DNA of 64,000 nt, from the NCBI GenBank assembly GCA_033286805.1, contig GCA_033286805.1_4727.1; one strand, 5' to 3'. The DNA is from a phage. The position numbers and the translations under genes are program-made. Every line of letters starts with the position of its first letter. Within the stretch, counting starts at the first letter, position 1. The notes under the pieces were generated by a model. It saw nothing but the letters and a program-made list of their open reading frames with translations, did not search any database and was not told the DNA's origin. Positions 57,754 to 64,000 of the stretch are shown here, piece after piece.

Positions 57754-58287
57754 TTAAGCTCCTTTGTGTTTTACGGACGATGTTAACCAGGACGATCTTA
57801 CCGTGAAACCCTCAGACTCGTAGAACGCCTGGGCTTCAGCGTTATCAGCACGAACATCCAGACCAATAGAATGCCCGCCGCATCGGTAAGCGATGTTGCG
57901 CGCTTCATTCATCAAGGCATGACCGATCCCACGTCCGCGATATTCGGGTTTTACAATAATCGATGTAACGTCATGAATGCCCATATGGCTCTCTGTATTC
58001 ACTTCCAAGAGGCCTACCGGTATCGAAGCGATAGCATCGATCATAACGACCAACATTGCAGTATCTGGTAAACGCTTTTCTAATTCTAAAGCATCGTACT
58101 CGCGTTTTAAATCGGGGATATTCTCAAACATAAACGTGGTAGCCCATGCCTCTGATTCTACATCGTCGAGAATACGGTACAGCTCACGAATCTGTCGTTT
58201 ATGTGGGTAAAGGTGTGGATCGGCAGCCGTTGAGGCGATAACGCAATAGAACTGTCGTTCATTAATAACTACTGTTTTGATGCTCAT
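57754..58287 (-). CDS. GNAT-family N-acetyltransferase
   Basis: Acetyl-CoA motif VKPEYRGRGIGHALM and AQAFYESEGF; GAGGGAA SD; ATGA overlap with the upstream HTH gene. Confidence 0.75.
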   Translation of the reverse strand: MSIKTVVINERQFYCVIASTAADPHLYPHKRQIRELYRILDDVESEAWATTFMFENIPDLKREYDALELEKRLPDTAMLVVMIDAIASIPVGLLEVNTESHMGIHDVTSIIVKPEYRGRGIGHALMNEARNIAYRCGGHSIGLDVRADNAEAQAFYESEGFTVRSSWLTSSVKHKGA

Positions 58288-58790
58288 GCTAAAATTCCCT
58301 CATTACCTAACAGTCGATTACGATGACGTCGGTACATTTGACAAAGTGTTGTGATTTGATAATGTTTGTTGTAACGTACCTCGATACGTTTTTGCACCTC
58401 TTTCCATGGAAGTTTATCGTATTGCCGATAACGATGGATTTCATTTAACATACGAAGACGAGTAGGATCGGTGTTCTTTATCGTCGTGAGCTTCACACGT
58501 TGATATCCACGCTGTAGTCCTGATTCGGAATACGTGACGTCAAACTCATCTTGAATGATGGTAATGATCTCCCGCCACCGACGGTTCTCGCCGTCACGTA
58601 AATGGACAACCCGCGATAAGATATCGTTCCGATTACGATGACTCAGTTTAATGTTAAGCATTGAAGCAATCGCGCTAATTGCTCTCTGACTCCGTCCTAA
58701 CGCTTCACCTATTTCTTTCGATGTCATGACGCCCGCGTTTCGGCGTATGAATGCGATTTCGGTTGTTGTGTATTCTTTACCTGCTGCCAT
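58284..58790 (-). CDS. HTH DNA-binding protein, tandem paralog 1
   Basis: YTTTEIAFIRRNAGVMTSKEIGEALGRSQRAISAIASML helix-turn-helix-like repeat. Confidence 0.6.
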   Translation of the reverse strand: MAAGKEYTTTEIAFIRRNAGVMTSKEIGEALGRSQRAISAIASMLNIKLSHRNRNDILSRVVHLRDGENRRWREIITIIQDEFDVTYSESGLQRGYQRVKLTTIKNTDPTRLRMLNEIHRYRQYDKLPWKEVQKRIEVRYNKHYQITTLCQMYRRHRNRLLGNEGILA

Positions 58791-59254
58791 TTCTTACCAC
58801 GTGTGTTATAATAGTAACGCTGACAAAGATGTGTGTGACGGTACTCCCGTTTGAACTCGACGCTGATAATGCGAGCAACTTCTCTCCAGTTAACTCCTTC
58901 ATGCCGAAGTGCTGTAATACGGTCTGAAATTTTGCACCATTCATCTGGGTCGTATCGTCGTAGCTTGAGTCGTCGTATTACGGAGGCGACACTCGCTCTC
59001 GATCGGCCAAGATGATTTGACAGTTGTTTAACCGAGTATCTGTGGATATTGTCGCGAATATAGGAAATCTCGTTGTTCGTATATGCCTCATTGGTTCTCG
59101 ACGAAGGGAACAGCATATACAACTTATTCTTAATCGCGCTTTCTGTGCGTTGAAATACAATAGCCAGATCACTAACCGGTGGTCTGGGTATCTGATCCGC
59201 GTAACTCTCGAGGCGTGAGAGTTCCTCATCTGTCCAGCGACGGTATTTGCGCAT
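58724..59254 (-). CDS. HTH DNA-binding protein, tandem paralog 2
   Basis: Start moved to ATG 59254 (MRKYRRWTDEELSRL) with AAGGAG SD; two HTH-like repeats. Confidence 0.6.
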   Translation of the reverse strand: MRKYRRWTDEELSRLESYADQIPRPPVSDLAIVFQRTESAIKNKLYMLFPSSRTNEAYTNNEISYIRDNIHRYSVKQLSNHLGRSRASVASVIRRLKLRRYDPDEWCKISDRITALRHEGVNWREVARIISVEFKREYRHTHLCQRYYYNTRGKKWQQVKNTQQPKSHSYAETRAS

Positions 59255-59729
59255 AGGCAACTCCTTTGTTTTTCGTGTAGTAACACCAACGTTGATACAA
59301 CGCATGTTTATTCGTTGTAATCCCAAATTTAACAACAACGTCGTATGTGATAACATTCCAATTTTGGGTAACGTTAAGTCGTTCCGCGATAAACGCGATA
59401 ATCGCTTCCCGTTCTTGCTTGGTGAGCGCACGACGAATTCCATTAAGCCGTATAAACTGACGAACCGAGTCATACGAACGGTTTAAATCGTACGCAATCT
59501 CACGCAGCGATTTTTGTTTGATTACGGACTTGATGTACGCGCGTTCTTCTTCCGTATAAGGTCGATGCTTTTGGCGTTGACGTATTCCCAAACGTCCCAG
59601 ACGCGCGTCGATGCTGGCGCGTGTTCGTCCTGTCCGTTGTGCGATTTCATCAATCGTCATCGATGTGTTTAAGTACAGATGCGTGACGTCTTTCAGCTCG
59701 TCGTCACGCCATGGTTGAGATCGTCCCAT
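59226..59729 (-). CDS. HTH DNA-binding protein, tandem paralog 3
   Basis: WRDDELKDV...MTIDEIAQRTGRTRASIDARLGRLGI plus a second repeat; start/stop overlaps with neighbours. Confidence 0.65.
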   Translation of the reverse strand: MGRSQPWRDDELKDVTHLYLNTSMTIDEIAQRTGRTRASIDARLGRLGIRQRQKHRPYTEEERAYIKSVIKQKSLREIAYDLNRSYDSVRQFIRLNGIRRALTKQEREAIIAFIAERLNVTQNWNVITYDVVVKFGITTNKHALYQRWCYYTKNKGVAYAQIPSLDR

Positions 59730-60207
59730 CTTGTATCCCTCTTTTCTTTCTATGATGCCACCAACGCTGATAGACAGCCTGCTTCGTACGTGTTATACCG
59801 AAATGCGCATTAACCCGTTCAGCAATGTGGTGCCAATCCTGTGTTTCTTCCAACAATGTATCAACGAAGGCTACGAAGATCTTAGTATCAGCCTCGCTTA
59901 ACCGCTTGAAACCATGACGGTGTGCTATCGTTCTAATACTGTTTGGATCCCTGTTTAAATCGCGTGCGAGTTGTTTGTAACTTTTGTGTTTGCAGTGTGC
60001 TCTGATATATTCCAACTCATCGACACTGAAACGTTTATGCGGTTTACGACGTTCAACATTTAAGTATATCAACCTCGATTTAATTGCACCGTACGTTGTT
60101 TCCATGATTTCTGCGATTTCACGGATTTTTAATTTCGGGTGACGATAGTACAATTCCAGCAACTGTTCATCATCCTTACGATTCCATCGTCGTACTGGAG
60201 GTTTCAC
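59704..60207 (-). CDS. HTH DNA-binding protein, tandem paralog 4
   Basis: RRWNRKDDEQLLELY...IREIAEIMETTYGAIKSRL plus a second repeat. Confidence 0.65.
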   Translation of the reverse strand: MKPPVRRWNRKDDEQLLELYYRHPKLKIREIAEIMETTYGAIKSRLIYLNVERRKPHKRFSVDELEYIRAHCKHKSYKQLARDLNRDPNSIRTIAHRHGFKRLSEADTKIFVAFVDTLLEETQDWHHIAERVNAHFGITRTKQAVYQRWWHHRKKRGIQDGTISTMA

Positions 60208-60220
60208 AACGAGATTTCTC

Positions 60221-60688
60221 CTATTCTGCGCGTTTTAATGCTTGAGTGTAGTAGAGGCTATGAACACCGCTTAACGTGTAATGGGTGTTAAATTCGTTAT
60301 TGATGATATTCCGTATTCTCTCCCAGGTGTTATTCTCTTTTCTAAGGGTGTGTATTCGATAATAAATCATCTCTCGACGTTGCGCTTTGCATGCAACAAT
60401 ACCGTAACGGTAGCAGAGTTTAGCGATTGCATCCACGCTACGATTGAACATCACTGCGGCTTCTTTTACGCTATGCGTCTTAAGATAATCAGCTAACATC
60501 ACGCGTTCTTCGAAACAGCAATAGCGGTGACGCGACGTGAGTTTCCAACGCTTGCGATTACGGTTAATTCGACCTTGAACAGAGCCTTCTGTTCGGTCAA
60601 GCCGTGCCGCAATCTCTTGCATCGGGATACCGTTTCGGTACAGAGTAATCAATATCGCGTCTTCTTCGGGTGTCCAGTCCTTGACCAT
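60221..60688 (-). CDS. HTH DNA-binding protein, tandem paralog 5
   Basis: WTPEEDAILITLYRNGIPMQEIAARLDRTEGSVQGRI resembles the GcrA N-terminal / Myb-like HTH. Confidence 0.65.
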   Translation of the reverse strand: MVKDWTPEEDAILITLYRNGIPMQEIAARLDRTEGSVQGRINRNRKRWKLTSRHRYCCFEERVMLADYLKTHSVKEAAVMFNRSVDAIAKLCYRYGIVACKAQRREMIYYRIHTLRKENNTWERIRNIINNEFNTHYTLSGVHSLYYTQALKRAE

Positions 60689-60700
60689 AGTGCCACCCCA

Positions 60701-63364
<2,664 letters not shown>

Positions 63365-63471
63365 GTTGTCGTTTCCTCCATACGAAACCAAAAAATTGTC
63401 AAAATGTACATCAGCATAACGCCCGTGCCCGCCCGCGATGGGAGGGACACAGGCAATACGCTTTTATTTCA

Positions 63472-64000
63472 TCAAGACTTCACAACACATTCGACTTCGT
63501 CGTTCATATAAGCTTCGTATAACGACAGCACTTCCTTCATTTTAATTTCAGGTAGCGCGACGGAACGAATCGCTTTCAGGATATTCCGTGTTTGATGGTG
63601 TTTAACCTTCGCTTCACGTAGTTTACAGAATTGACGGATGCAGGTATTAACCTTACCCCCTTCCGCACGTTCGAGGGCGACATGCAGTTTCAGGTCCAGT
63701 AATACTTCCGTGAGTTCCTGGGTGGCAGGATCGTTACGAATAAGCCGTACTGTACGTTCATCCGGATTCAGCATCTCGAGATACTGAAGCTTGATATGTT
63801 CAGGTACGGGTTTCGTGTTCATCATGATGGCATCAAGCTGTTCCTTAACACCCAACTCATTGAACACGTAACGTTCGATGTTTACGACATGTGCTTTTCC
63901 TGACTCACCATAAACCGCCATCGCACGATAGTCATCAAACAGCACAGCATACAACAAATCCTGTTCCGGTCCGATGGTACCATCGATGAGCTTCGGCGCA
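63472..64000 (-). CDS. hypothetical protein, 5' end beyond the window
   Basis: Reading frame remains open upstream of the ORF-track TTG start to position 64000. Confidence 0.5.
   Translation of the reverse strand, partial: APKLIDGTIGPEQDLLYAVLFDDYRAMAVYGESGKAHVVNIERYVFNELGVKEQLDAIMMNTKPVPEHIKLQYLEMLNPDERTVRLIRNDPATQELTEVLLDLKLHVALERAEGGKVNTCIRQFCKLREAKVKHHQTRNILKAIRSVALPEIKMKEVLSLYEAYMNDEVECVVKS

Overview
Dense, almost gap-free coding sequence typical of a large tailed dsDNA phage, mostly on the minus strand with three plus-strand islands (8.6-12.8 kb, 21.4-23.1 kb, 30.9-33.9 kb). All calls are from reading the sequence and ORF translations by eye; no searches were run. Gene blocks, left to right: a paralogous family of putative virion/internal proteins (0-19 kb); a membrane-anchored HExxH peptidase; an N-terminal family-B DNA polymerase fragment; a tandem array of small paralogous proteins (23-26 kb); a putative RNA polymerase beta-prime fragment; a plus-strand island ending in a DarG/TARG1-like macrodomain gene; a tail-fibre module (fibre with P2-H-like N-terminus, tail fibre assembly protein, lipoprotein, further large tail proteins); a lysis cassette with a SleB-type cell wall hydrolase; and an accessory block with a GNAT acetyltransferase, a SAM methyltransferase, six tandem HTH paralogs and an NAD-dependent DNA ligase. 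The split polymerase and split RNAP suggest a phiKZ-like jumbo phage, but this is inference. A family of GC-rich palindromic intergenic hairpins recurs throughout. The strongest candidates for something new are the macrodomain gene with its possible frameshift-fused upstream partner, the six-gene HTH array coupled to the GNAT gene, and the small-paralog array. Several ORF-track starts use TTG/GTG; where an internal ATG with a Shine-Dalgarno was visible I moved the start. No tRNA, CRISPR array, integrase or reverse transcriptase was seen.
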